IMG/VR virus record: IMGVR_UViG_3300022744_000001
Coordinates: 258,022-322,021 of that record
Reading direction: 5' to 3' (one strand)
DNA from: a virus
DNA: 64,000 bases
Shown here: one piece after another, positions 15,683 through 25,200 of the stretch
Position numbering within the stretch: position 1 is the first letter of the stretch
Layout of the letters: the number at the start of each line of letters is the position of its first letter
Program-made: the position numbers and the translations under genes
Notes under the pieces: generated by a model
Told to the model about the DNA's origin: nothing
Databases searched by the model: none
What the model saw: only the letters and a program-made list of their open reading frames with translations

Positions 15683-16185
15683 TTCTTGTATTTCTTCAAG
15701 AGATCATCGATGCGCTGAGCCGAGACCTTGGAGTTGTCTGTGACCTTGGTTGTAGTCACTTCTGGCTTCACCACGACCTCTTGGGCTACCTCTTTGCTGG
15801 TAACCCCCACGGGAAGCTCCACTTCGATGGGCTTTTCGTTGGGTGGATCAATGACAATCTTGCTGTCGTCCGAAAACACCCCGGTCTTCTCGATGGGAAG
15901 CACCTCGGCCTGGGTTTGCCCCTTGGAATCAGGCTGCCCAATCTCAATGGGCTTGCCGTCAGGCGCAACACGGCCTTTGTCCACCGTGTTGGCCTTCTCA
16001 ATGGCCTTCGAAGGGTCATCCTCGGGCTTGCCCAGGAGCTTCCCCAAGAGGCCCCCAAACTTGGCCTTCTTGCCAGTCATGAGGGTGACCACGACCAAGA
16101 CAACGGCCAGAATCAGCCCCAGGTACTTCTTGGAGCCTTCCCAAAGCTGGAGGAGCTTGGCCTTGATCCAATCCCACATGGTCAA
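15679..16185 (-). CDS. type-II (N-in) single-pass membrane protein with a Lys/Pro/Glu-rich extended C-terminal domain; possible i-spanin-like or TonB-like periplasm-spanning protein
   Basis: The transmembrane segment is YLGLILAVVLVVVTLMTG. It is followed by a KKAKFGG…KPEDDP…PPNEKPIEVELP…KPEV low-complexity region. The call is made from topology only. Confidence 0.5.
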   Translation of the reverse strand: MTMWDWIKAKLLQLWEGSKKYLGLILAVVLVVVTLMTGKKAKFGGLLGKLLGKPEDDPSKAIEKANTVDKGRVAPDGKPIEIGQPDSKGQTQAEVLPIEKTGVFSDDSKIVIDPPNEKPIEVELPVGVTSKEVAQEVVVKPEVTTTKVTDNSKVSAQRIDDLLKKYKK

Positions 16186-16589
16186 TCCCCTGCCTTGGGC
16201 TCATCCGCTGGAGGCAGAGAGTCCAGCACCGGCGGCGGGATCGAAGGCGGGTCCGATGGCAACCCGGGGACAGGCTTCGACTTCAACCACGAGCGAACGC
16301 GGCCGTAAACCAACGCCGACAACATGCCGCAAACGGAGCCGAAAAGCATCCGGCCGCCCGCAGAGGTTCCCACCATCGCGGGCCACTCAAACGCCTTCAT
16401 GAAAAAGCCAAGGATCGTCCCGTTCGCAATGGGCCCAATCGGCAAGGCAATCTCAGCGTAGTAACGGTTGGTCCGGATTTTCGGCCAGACCGTCTCGAGT
16501 ACCCGCCGAATCACGTAGGTCATGGCATAGATGCCAAGACACAACATGAGCATTTGTGCGCTAAAGAACACCTCAAACAACTGATCCAT
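16182..16589 (-). CDS. small membrane protein with three predicted TM helices; possible holin
   Basis: Hydrophobic segments are LMLCLGIYAMTYVI, IALPIGPIANGTILGFFM and MLFGSVCGMLSALVYG. The C-terminus is Pro-rich. It is the first gene of a 4-gene coupled cluster. No endolysin was identified nearby. Confidence 0.5.
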   Translation of the reverse strand: MDQLFEVFFSAQMLMLCLGIYAMTYVIRRVLETVWPKIRTNRYYAEIALPIGPIANGTILGFFMKAFEWPAMVGTSAGGRMLFGSVCGMLSALVYGRVRSWLKSKPVPGLPSDPPSIPPPVLDSLPPADEPKAGD

Positions 16590-16639
16590 GGCGCCTCTCT
16601 TTGGTAAGAGCGCGCCAGTGATAGTTTACCGGTGGGAGA

Positions 16640-16945
16640 TCAGTCTTCGGAGACCGAAAGGGAGTCGGCCACTTCCACTGAGTGGTTCGTGCCTTGCCGT
16701 GGCGGCTCAGAGGGCGCTGGAGCGGGCTCCGGCTCAACCACCGGCGGCGGAGGCGGAAGAACCTCCCCCACCTTGAGCTGCTCCCACTTTGAGCACCAGA
16801 GAAGACGCTGGCGGAGGTCGTCCCGTTGCTGAGAGGTCAGGTGGGGATTCGACTGCAATTGCAGAAGATGCTTCCGAGCCTCAGCCGCGCCTTTGGCCCG
16901 GATTTCCGCTGGTACATCGTAAAGGGTCAGAACGCCACGCGCCAC
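16640..16945 (-). CDS. hypothetical protein with a PPPPPVVEPEPAPAP linker (101 aa)
   Basis: An ORF lying between the structural block and the membrane cluster. Confidence 0.4.
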   Translation of the reverse strand: MARGVLTLYDVPAEIRAKGAAEARKHLLQLQSNPHLTSQQRDDLRQRLLWCSKWEQLKVGEVLPPPPPVVEPEPAPAPSEPPRQGTNHSVEVADSLSVSED

Positions 16946-16963
16946 AAATCACCTCGGCTCAGG

Positions 16964-19900
16964 TCAGAAGGTTCGGTTGGCCACTGTGATCGTGTTCGGG
17001 TCCACATCATAGTGCACGTGGTTTGACACCAGGGGGTGACCCTCGATGCGGTACAAGTCCGCCGCCGCGTACCCTTCTCTCGTGCCATTCGTCCCGATAA
17101 TCACCTCGGAGGTGTACCCGTCGTTGCTGAGCCTGGAGGCGTTTGTGACCACGAGCATCATTAGCTCGTCGCCCGCACTGGCCTCGTTCGCCCCCACGTT
17201 GGTAACCGAGTTGCGCACCAGGAATGCCCGACCTGTGATCAAGTTCGTGTCGCGGCCCGTGCCCTCCTGGTGGTCGTACGTGGCATGCAGCTCGCCGCCC
17301 GGGTGGCTACCCGACCCAAGGAAGACCGAGCCACCGCGGTTCGTGCGGAAGTTGGTCAACAGAGCATAGTTGCCCGTCTCGCCATCCACATGCACCAGGG
17401 TGTCCCCAGGAACCCCAGGAGACCGTTCCGCCGTCTGAACCTCAACTTCTTCGTACTCGGCCGACGAGGCAACCAAGCTCGAGATGCTGGTTCCAGTACC
17501 AACCGAGTTGGTGTACCGGAACGGAGCCTTGTTCGTGTCGGAAAAACTTCCGCCATGGAACTGGTAGTCCTTCCAGAACGCACCCAGGGGGAGGCGCTCT
17601 GTGCACCCGAGATAGTCCTGGCTTACCTCACGGTCATTCGTGACCGACAGGGTCGAACTCAAGTGCCCCGGAAGGATGGGGGGCCGAGGAGCCACGCCCG
17701 AAGAAGGTGGGTAGTTAGTCAAATCTTCTCGGCCCACGTTGCGGAAGTCGTACTGGTTGACTTCGACGATGTCCCCGGAAAGGCGACCGGTGCCGAGAGT
17801 CGTCACGAATCCAATCGAAGCCAAAATCTCGAGTGGCTTCTGGTTTGGACGCGTGAGGTTCGTGAGGTCGATTTCGGACGATTGAACCTGGTAGGCCACC
17901 GAACTCGACAACGGGCCCGCGGAGTAGGGGATGTCCACGTAGCTCGTCTGGGAGCCCCAGGCGTCGCCCTGGTAAGGCGTACGGCTGTAGTTCACGAGAG
18001 CCGTGTCCGCCGCCGAAATGGGCGCCGGGATGATGGCCGACGGGCCTGCGATGAAATTGCTGAGGTTGGTCGCCCGGTTGCCCGTGTTGGCACCCGTGCC
18101 CGTAGGACGGTTCCGCGAAAGCACGAGGCGGAACGGCTTGCTGAGGTCGAACGCACCACGGTCGAAACCAAAGAGGCTGGCCTCGATGACATAGTGGGCC
18201 GACTCAAAGCTCGCGATCGGGGTCGGAGACTTGGTCAGGTCAAGAACGTCCGCATTGAGCACGAACGTCGAATCCCCGTCGTCGTCGATTTCGATCCAGA
18301 AGGTCGGGCCTTTGAAGTCCTGTCGGAGCAGGTTCTTCGCACCACCGCCACCGATGCTCGCACGAGTGGAAGGGTTGAAGGCCGAGCCATTGGTCTTGTA
18401 GTCGCTGGCCTCGTACACCGCGAAGAGGCGAGCGATACCATAAAAGGGCGGAAGCTCGAGGCCCTTGCGCCCCATGCCACGCTGGTCGGTGAAAAAGCGA
18501 AGGCCCGCAAAGGTGTTGCCACCGAACGAGAACGTCGCGTTGTACGTGGCTGGAGTGGTCGAAACGCCAGAGAAGTTACCCGTGGACAGCGCTGCATAGG
18601 ACAGCGTGCCGTTCACGTAGTTGATGTACTGGCGGTTGTGGTCCGGGTCGTTGAGGTTCGTGTTCAACCCCTCAAGCGACTGGAGCATGTAGTTGATGCC
18701 GTTGTGGAAGTTCGTCCCGTTCACAGGGAGGATCGGCACTCGCACTTCGCCCCAGCCAGGTACCAAATGGCGAGGCAACGTGACGTAGAAGTTCTTCCGG
18801 TTTGCATCGGAATCCGTGGTGCCACTGAAGAGGCCCAGCGGGTCCGTGGTTGTCCACTTCGACGTCGTCCCATCCAGCTTCTTGAGCGGCATGAGCGACT
18901 GTGTGTGGTGGATTCGATAGTCGATGCCCGTGGCCGTGGGGATGTTCCGGTCCACCGTGAACGTGGTTGCACCCACGGCACCCGTGATTCGGTACCTTCC
19001 AGCCGCAAGGCCCGTGTCGATGATGAGGGTGTCATCCGCTTGGACGTTGGCACCCGAGAAGTTCTGAGTGCTGTCCGTGAACGTCAGGGTCAGGTTGGAA
19101 ACGCCAGCCGTCCCCGTCGTCACAGGTGACGAGTAGGGATTGGCCGACGTGCCGTCCAAGGCGTGAACCTGGGTCGGGAACGACACGTGGCGGAAGGGGG
19201 ACAGGATAACGGTCTTCGACCCCACGTCCGCATAGGCTTCCGCCGTAACGGGGAGGAGATTCTTGTACTCGTTGTTCCGGTACTTCGACCAGAGGAGCGC
19301 CCAAGAGGTTCGGAGAGCAGGCAGGGGAGACGTGGAAATGTTCACGCCCGACTGCTGCACCATGAGCGTTGCACTGGGGTTATACAGCAGGATGTTGTGC
19401 AGAGCGTCCGGGCGACGGGACAAACCACGCCCACCGCCGTACTGCACGTGCATCGTGATGTAGACGTCCCGAGTAGACGGGAACGGAGAACCCACACCCT
19501 TGAACTTGATCGTAATGTCGTCGTTCGGTCCGGGATTGTTGGGGGTCACCTTGTAGCGGTGAGGCGGAAGAGGGGCTTCGTCGCCGTCCAAGCGAACTTC
19601 AATCGCACCACGACCCCTACGAATTACGTAGGAAACACTCGAGTCCGTGGGGAGGTTTTCATCCACATGAACTGAATCGTTTCCATTTACCGTGTCAATC
19701 AGATAGGAACCGGCAGCGGGTCCAGTGAAGATGACCAGAGTGTCCCCAGGAAGCACCGAACCCAAGTTGTTGGTGTCCGTGAAGGTCCGGGTGCCGTTGG
19801 TGCTACCCGTCGAGCCACTTGCAGGAGCCTCATTCAAGAACCGAACCTGGTCGCCATCAGCACCAGGGACCGTATTCTTGAACTGCGCAATGGCGACAGT

Positions 19901-21547
19901 GATTTCGTCGCCATTGCCGTCCCCAAGGGTGGACTCGGCGGTCCATTGACCCGGGGTAGTACCCGAGGGGGACGCCAAACTCGTCACCGTTGCGCCAATC
20001 GCCAAGGAGAAGTTCAGGTTCTGCACCTGAGCAAACCCGGGGGACTGCACTGCGGTTGCCGAGGGAGTGCAGATGACTTCGACCTTCTGCTGCACCGGAG
20101 CATCCGAATAGATCATGCGGATGTTGTCGGGAGCATCGATCTTCGTCACGCCCAGACCAGCCGCCGAAGCGCTGATACGGTCCTGGTACGCCACGAAGGT
20201 TCCCTGGGTGCTGCCACCGGAACGCTTCCAGTTCGCCCGGAGCTGCCCCTTGAGGAGCTTGTCCAGGTTCGACTGCAAAAGCGTGGCGTAGTTGAACCCG
20301 TTGGGATTCACAACGTGACGAAGGTCCAGGACGTCGGTCGCCGCAATCTGGTCTGCAAAGAGGCCGTCCGGGCGGCCGGACAACACCTTCACAGGGGCGC
20401 CCGCTGGGTGAGCCTCTGCCTTCGTCCCGTTGACTCCGCGACTCACACCACTCACGGTCGTCCCCGTGATGGCTTGGTACGTCATCAACTCGTCCCCAAT
20501 TTGGATGAGCACTGGGGAAGTAGGCGAAGCCGGGAGCGGAATGTCCGTAGCCGAAGCCAACGTAAACGTCGTGGCGGTCGAAGTCATGGACGACGCAATC
20601 GACGGGGTCGTCGAGAAGGTCCTGATGCCGGTACGGTCAGTCGCCGTGGGGTTGCGGTTGAAACCACCGTTCAAATTCTGGCTGGGGTCGGGAGACCAGG
20701 CCACCCCGTTGCGGCGGAAGACGACGCAAAGCGGGATTGCGTAGACATACCCATCCACCGTGCCGAGAGCGTTCTCCGTGCCGTCTCCAGCACGCCAGAG
20801 GCCCGCATCGCCAAGCTCCTGCCGCATGTTGGCGAAGGTGTACGACGTGGCTGACGAGGCCGCGCCCTGAGCCTTCACCGTGGTGGGGTCGAAGCCATCC
20901 GGATAGGTCGCGAGGCCAATGAGACCCTTCACGACACGGATGCGGTATTGAACCTGGACGCGCTGAGTGGTCTCAAACCCAATAGCCGGGTCCTGGATGT
21001 CGTCGCTGAGGTAGCTGTAGCCGCCCTCGACGTTGCCATAGCGGTAAATGGCCGAAGCCGACGGCTTGTTCAGCGTGCTCGGAGTCGAAGGCACGCGAGC
21101 CTGCCAAACCTCGAGAAACACGAAGTCGGAACGGAAATCGCCGCTGTTGGACGGGGGCGGGTCGAGCGTGATCTTGTTCGTCGTATCGACGTTGTTGGGC
21201 GAGCCCGGAGGAGTACCGGTCTTCGTACCCGTCACCGGGATGAGCCACCCGTTGACCACAGCCCACATGATCGAACGCTTCTCGCCACTGCGCTGACGGC
21301 CAAACTGAAGCCAATTGCTCCAGCTCGAGTCAGTGACGAAATCCTTCGAAGTGTTGACTTCGTTCCCCAACCACCCCGAGGGGGTGTTCCGCATGATGAA
21401 CTGCTGACGCCAATCGGTGTCGAGCTGCTGCATCAGGTTCAACTCAGCATCCGTAGGGGGCTTGCCCTGCTGCCAGATGACTTGAGTGAACTGAGCTTGC
21501 TTGGGGTCCAGGACGCGGCTCACGCCGCCGCCAAACTTGTCCGCCAT
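16964..21547 (-). CDS. giant virion structural protein P1 (1527 aa); its N-terminal ~350 aa are paralogous to the 867-aa protein at 31543..34146
   Basis: Shared blocks between the two proteins are MADKFGGGVSRVLDPKQAQF/MGQKNFGGAVSGYLDPTGRAF, DFVFLEVWQARV/DLLVLEVWRKL, TQRVQVQYRIRVV/TKRVQIQYRLRAV and GLWRAGDGTENALGTVDGYVYAIPL/GLWRAGDGDPSNALGTVDGYMYAIPL. The composition is Ser/Thr/Gly/Asn-rich and beta-type. Confidence 0.8.
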   Translation of the reverse strand: MADKFGGGVSRVLDPKQAQFTQVIWQQGKPPTDAELNLMQQLDTDWRQQFIMRNTPSGWLGNEVNTSKDFVTDSSWSNWLQFGRQRSGEKRSIMWAVVNGWLIPVTGTKTGTPPGSPNNVDTTNKITLDPPPSNSGDFRSDFVFLEVWQARVPSTPSTLNKPSASAIYRYGNVEGGYSYLSDDIQDPAIGFETTQRVQVQYRIRVVKGLIGLATYPDGFDPTTVKAQGAASSATSYTFANMRQELGDAGLWRAGDGTENALGTVDGYVYAIPLCVVFRRNGVAWSPDPSQNLNGGFNRNPTATDRTGIRTFSTTPSIASSMTSTATTFTLASATDIPLPASPTSPVLIQIGDELMTYQAITGTTVSGVSRGVNGTKAEAHPAGAPVKVLSGRPDGLFADQIAATDVLDLRHVVNPNGFNYATLLQSNLDKLLKGQLRANWKRSGGSTQGTFVAYQDRISASAAGLGVTKIDAPDNIRMIYSDAPVQQKVEVICTPSATAVQSPGFAQVQNLNFSLAIGATVTSLASPSGTTPGQWTAESTLGDGNGDEITVAIAQFKNTVPGADGDQVRFLNEAPASGSTGSTNGTRTFTDTNNLGSVLPGDTLVIFTGPAAGSYLIDTVNGNDSVHVDENLPTDSSVSYVIRRGRGAIEVRLDGDEAPLPPHRYKVTPNNPGPNDDITIKFKGVGSPFPSTRDVYITMHVQYGGGRGLSRRPDALHNILLYNPSATLMVQQSGVNISTSPLPALRTSWALLWSKYRNNEYKNLLPVTAEAYADVGSKTVILSPFRHVSFPTQVHALDGTSANPYSSPVTTGTAGVSNLTLTFTDSTQNFSGANVQADDTLIIDTGLAAGRYRITGAVGATTFTVDRNIPTATGIDYRIHHTQSLMPLKKLDGTTSKWTTTDPLGLFSGTTDSDANRKNFYVTLPRHLVPGWGEVRVPILPVNGTNFHNGINYMLQSLEGLNTNLNDPDHNRQYINYVNGTLSYAALSTGNFSGVSTTPATYNATFSFGGNTFAGLRFFTDQRGMGRKGLELPPFYGIARLFAVYEASDYKTNGSAFNPSTRASIGGGGAKNLLRQDFKGPTFWIEIDDDGDSTFVLNADVLDLTKSPTPIASFESAHYVIEASLFGFDRGAFDLSKPFRLVLSRNRPTGTGANTGNRATNLSNFIAGPSAIIPAPISAADTALVNYSRTPYQGDAWGSQTSYVDIPYSAGPLSSSVAYQVQSSEIDLTNLTRPNQKPLEILASIGFVTTLGTGRLSGDIVEVNQYDFRNVGREDLTNYPPSSGVAPRPPILPGHLSSTLSVTNDREVSQDYLGCTERLPLGAFWKDYQFHGGSFSDTNKAPFRYTNSVGTGTSISSLVASSAEYEEVEVQTAERSPGVPGDTLVHVDGETGNYALLTNFRTNRGGSVFLGSGSHPGGELHATYDHQEGTGRDTNLITGRAFLVRNSVTNVGANEASAGDELMMLVVTNASRLSNDGYTSEVIIGTNGTREGYAAADLYRIEGHPLVSNHVHYDVDPNTITVANRTF

Positions 21548-21594
21548 GGTCTTCTCCGATTCGATCCGTTCTTGCCGTCAATCGTGGTCGCGCA

Positions 21595-22248
21595 CTAAAA
21601 CAAAAGTGCCCAGGACCCGATGAAGACCCGACCACGTACGGTCACGTCAGTTACCCGCGTAAATCGAAGAATCACCTGGGTACCTTGAGAACCATTAGGG
21701 ATAGTTAAAAGTGCTTTGTCCGTTGCGGAGATGAAGTTAACTCCACCGTCAAAGCTGACTTCCGCAGTCACATCAACGTCCGGGGCCACTTCTCGGTAGG
21801 ACCGCTGAAAGGCTGAGGTGCGGGCATCCGAATCGACAACCTCGAAAAGCTCGTAGGTCAACGTCGCTTGAGCCGGGCCTGCACCAGGGCCGCCCCACGT
21901 GATCCCCAGCGGAACCGTCTCGAGCACCGGGACTTGGACGTCAGTGGGGTACAAAGCCACCGCCCCATTCTTGCCGACAAGCACGCCTGTGCTGTTCGCC
22001 AAGTTCACCCCGCTCTCATCGAGCATATCGTCGTAGGCAATCTGGGTGAAGAGGCCGTAGGTACCCAAAATCCCCGCGTACTTCTTTGTGATGAGGTCCG
22101 GGAGGTCCGTGGGGTTCTGCACGATCACGTCGTCAGGCACCCGAACCACGTAGTTTCCCGTGATCTGGGTTTGAGGGGGCACCCCAAGTGACGCCACTAC
22201 GTCATTGATTTCGTCGTTGTACTGGTTGATGAGGTAGTGAGTGCTCAC
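21595..22248 (-). CDS. virion structural protein (217 aa)
   Basis: An ORF in the structural operon. The upstream giant gene overlaps it by 4 nt. Confidence 0.6.
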   Translation of the reverse strand: MSTHYLINQYNDEINDVVASLGVPPQTQITGNYVVRVPDDVIVQNPTDLPDLITKKYAGILGTYGLFTQIAYDDMLDESGVNLANSTGVLVGKNGAVALYPTDVQVPVLETVPLGITWGGPGAGPAQATLTYELFEVVDSDARTSAFQRSYREVAPDVDVTAEVSFDGGVNFISATDKALLTIPNGSQGTQVILRFTRVTDVTVRGRVFIGSWALLF

Positions 22249-25200
22249 TTGTTCTCTCCCTTGAGGGGCTTCTGACCGTACCTGCCAGGCACCCCCGACC
22301 GCACATTCGTGATGCGGAGGAGGTTGACCTTACCCGCCGGAGTCGGATGGATGTGGTTTGCCTTGGGTGCCGGAAGAATCGTGTTGCCAACCGTCTCGTT
22401 GGGCATACCCACGATGGCCCCGCTGATCTGCCAGTACGGACGGCTCATGTGCCGCATACGCAGCGAGATGTCGCTGAAGCCTTCGAAGTCCACGTCTTCC
22501 ACAAACACCTGGTCGGCACTATCTACCAACACCGGGTGTGCGTTATGGCCGATGGTCCACACGAACACGTCCTCGCGGGGTACCGCGTGGAACCTGTGAC
22601 TGGTCGGGACCGCCACGGACACTTCACTCTGGTCCGTGCTGATCGTGATAGCCTTCGGGGCGCTAACGTCGCCGTCCACAACGTGGAAGATGAATTCGTT
22701 CGTGTAGGTTCCGTGCTTGATCGAAACCGTTGTGTTTCCCGTGGGCACCGGAGAAATCGAGCCCTTCAAGAAGCAGTGTTGAGTAGCGGGGGCGGTAACC
22801 ACCGAGCTGCCCGAGGAGGCACGATAGTACCCCGTAGTGGAACCAACCGACCCGACATAATCGATTTTGACGATGTCGTCGCGCTGGACTGAGCTGTACA
22901 ACTCCCCCACCGTAGTGAGGGCACTGATCACCATCCCGTCCAGATAGCCGGACGGCCAGCGAGAATCGCTTGATGTCAGCATGTACGAGCGGTTGCCGCT
23001 CGGGGGCGTCGAGTCCGTGTTATTCGTCGGAAGGCTGCCCGCCGAAGTAATACGGTTGTTCTCGAGGTAGGTCAGGTATCGAACACCCGTTTGAATCGGG
23101 GTCGTCAGGGCGGAGAAGCTCAAAACACGACCCGCACTGCCTGCCGTTGTCCAAGAACTCAACGAATCCAAGTCTACCAAGGTCTGCGAAATGGACTCAG
23201 CCTCAGTGCTCAAGAGCGTAGAAAGCTCGTCCGCGACCTGGAAGGCCACCGAGATAGTCCACTGAGCGGACACCGGATTCCATTTCGCGTGGGCTGCTCG
23301 AGCAACGTACTGGCTTGTGGAAGCCGAGTTGATCGATCCATAGCCCACACCAGGCTTGGAGCCGTAGAAGGACGAGGAGTTGCCCGAACCAATGGGGTTG
23401 GAGAGGGTGACCTCGTGGACGACTGAGAGGTTCAAGTCGATGAAGTTGACCAGGGCCGCGTAACTGCCACTGATGTTGTTCACCTTCGACATGCGCACCA
23501 TGGCAAAGTGGCTGCCATTGAACGAGATCGAGGCGATGTTGTAGGGGGTAGCCTCGGAGCTGAAATCGAAGGTTACCGTTTTGCGAAGCGTCCAGTTCGG
23601 GGTGACCACGTGTGCATGCGCAATGGTACCGAGGTCCGCCGAGTTCGCAGTGAAAATAACGAAGTCCCCACGGCTCTCCAGGTAGAAGAAGCCCAGGATG
23701 TTGTCGTCGCTGATCGCGCTAATCGTGGTGTCGAGGGAGCCAGCGGGCCGCACCAAAACACTCTGCTGCTTGAGCGTGCCCGAGGGGTTGAAGAACGCCA
23801 GGCTGGTATCCAGCACAGGCAGCGCCCCTTCTCCAGCCAGAATCATTCCGTACACGGTATACCCAATCGACGTGCTGTCCGCCGAAAGGTCCGCGCTCAG
23901 CTGAATCTGATTGGTGGCACCATTTACGGCGACAACCTTGTAGACGCCATTCATGTTCGAGAACTGGGGGTCGCCGAACACGGTACCCGAAGGGGGAGCA
24001 GTACGAACAATCTGGACTAGGTCACCCCTCTTCGCCAGAAGGTTCCCAGAAGCCGTCAGTTTACCATCGGAAGAGATGGTCCCAAGGTTCCCACCCCCGT
24101 TAATCCCACTGGAGTTGAACGCAGCGGCGTTGGCGATGTTGACGTTGGAGCGGAACCCATCCTTGGGGATCCGATACATGCTCAGGTACGGGCCGTACTT
24201 CGAAGCCACCACGAACTGAGTCCCATCCCAAAGAATACGGGGGGACGAGATCTGGTAGGCCGTCGTTAGGTGCGAGAGAACGTAGGTTGAAACGTTCACA
24301 TTGAGGGGCTCATTCAGGTAGCTCGAACTCACAAGTCCGATTGGACGAGTAGAGTTCAGGATGGTGATACCCAAAGTGCAACCAGAGTTGAGGTTCGCGT
24401 TGACACGAGGAACCCCGCCAACACGCCAGGCAACCGCGAGCTTTTCCCCAGACCAGCAAACCTCAAAGGTCAACGCGTCCTGGACCTGCGGGTTGTTGAG
24501 CACCACCTGCGAGCCATCTGGCTTCACAACCGTAGGCCCACCGATACCGAAATCGAGATCCGCGTACCCAACCAAGTTGATCCAGTCGTTCTGGTACTGG
24601 TTGAAGTTGTAGGTCTTGGCCCGTACGCCAGTAAGCTCTTCGCCTTCGGTGCGGTCGTCCACGCCGAGGTCAAAGAAATAGAGCCGGTTTTCCGCGGCGA
24701 TCACGCCAAGGAACTGACTGCCCGTCCAAACGACTCGACCCGTGTGTGCTGGGTGCGAGTAATCACTGAACCCAACCCCCGCACCACCGTTCTGGAAGCG
24801 CGAGCCGCGAGGCATGAGACCGTTTTGAACACGGAGGCGCTTGCGGATCGGGTTACGACCCTCGGCATCCGTAAAGACCGCGCACACCGAGGTGAACCAC
24901 GAGTCCACGAAACGAGGATCGGGGCTATCCACCTGCGAATAGAGCGGGTCACCACCCGAACCAGCGTAAGGGTTCGGGCCGTGGTTGATGTAGAAGCTCT
25001 GAACACCCCAGTGGATGAATGCGTTGCGGAATCCATCCGTGTCGAAGAAGTTGCTCGAGGCCCCGATGCCGCCATGACGAGTCAAAACGTGTTTACGCGT
25101 CTTCTCCGCGAAGTTCGTGACCGACGCTCCCGACTCAAGCGTCAAGCTCTTCAAGCCCGACTTCCAAGGGCCGAAAGTTTGGCGGAAGGCACGAAGCTGC

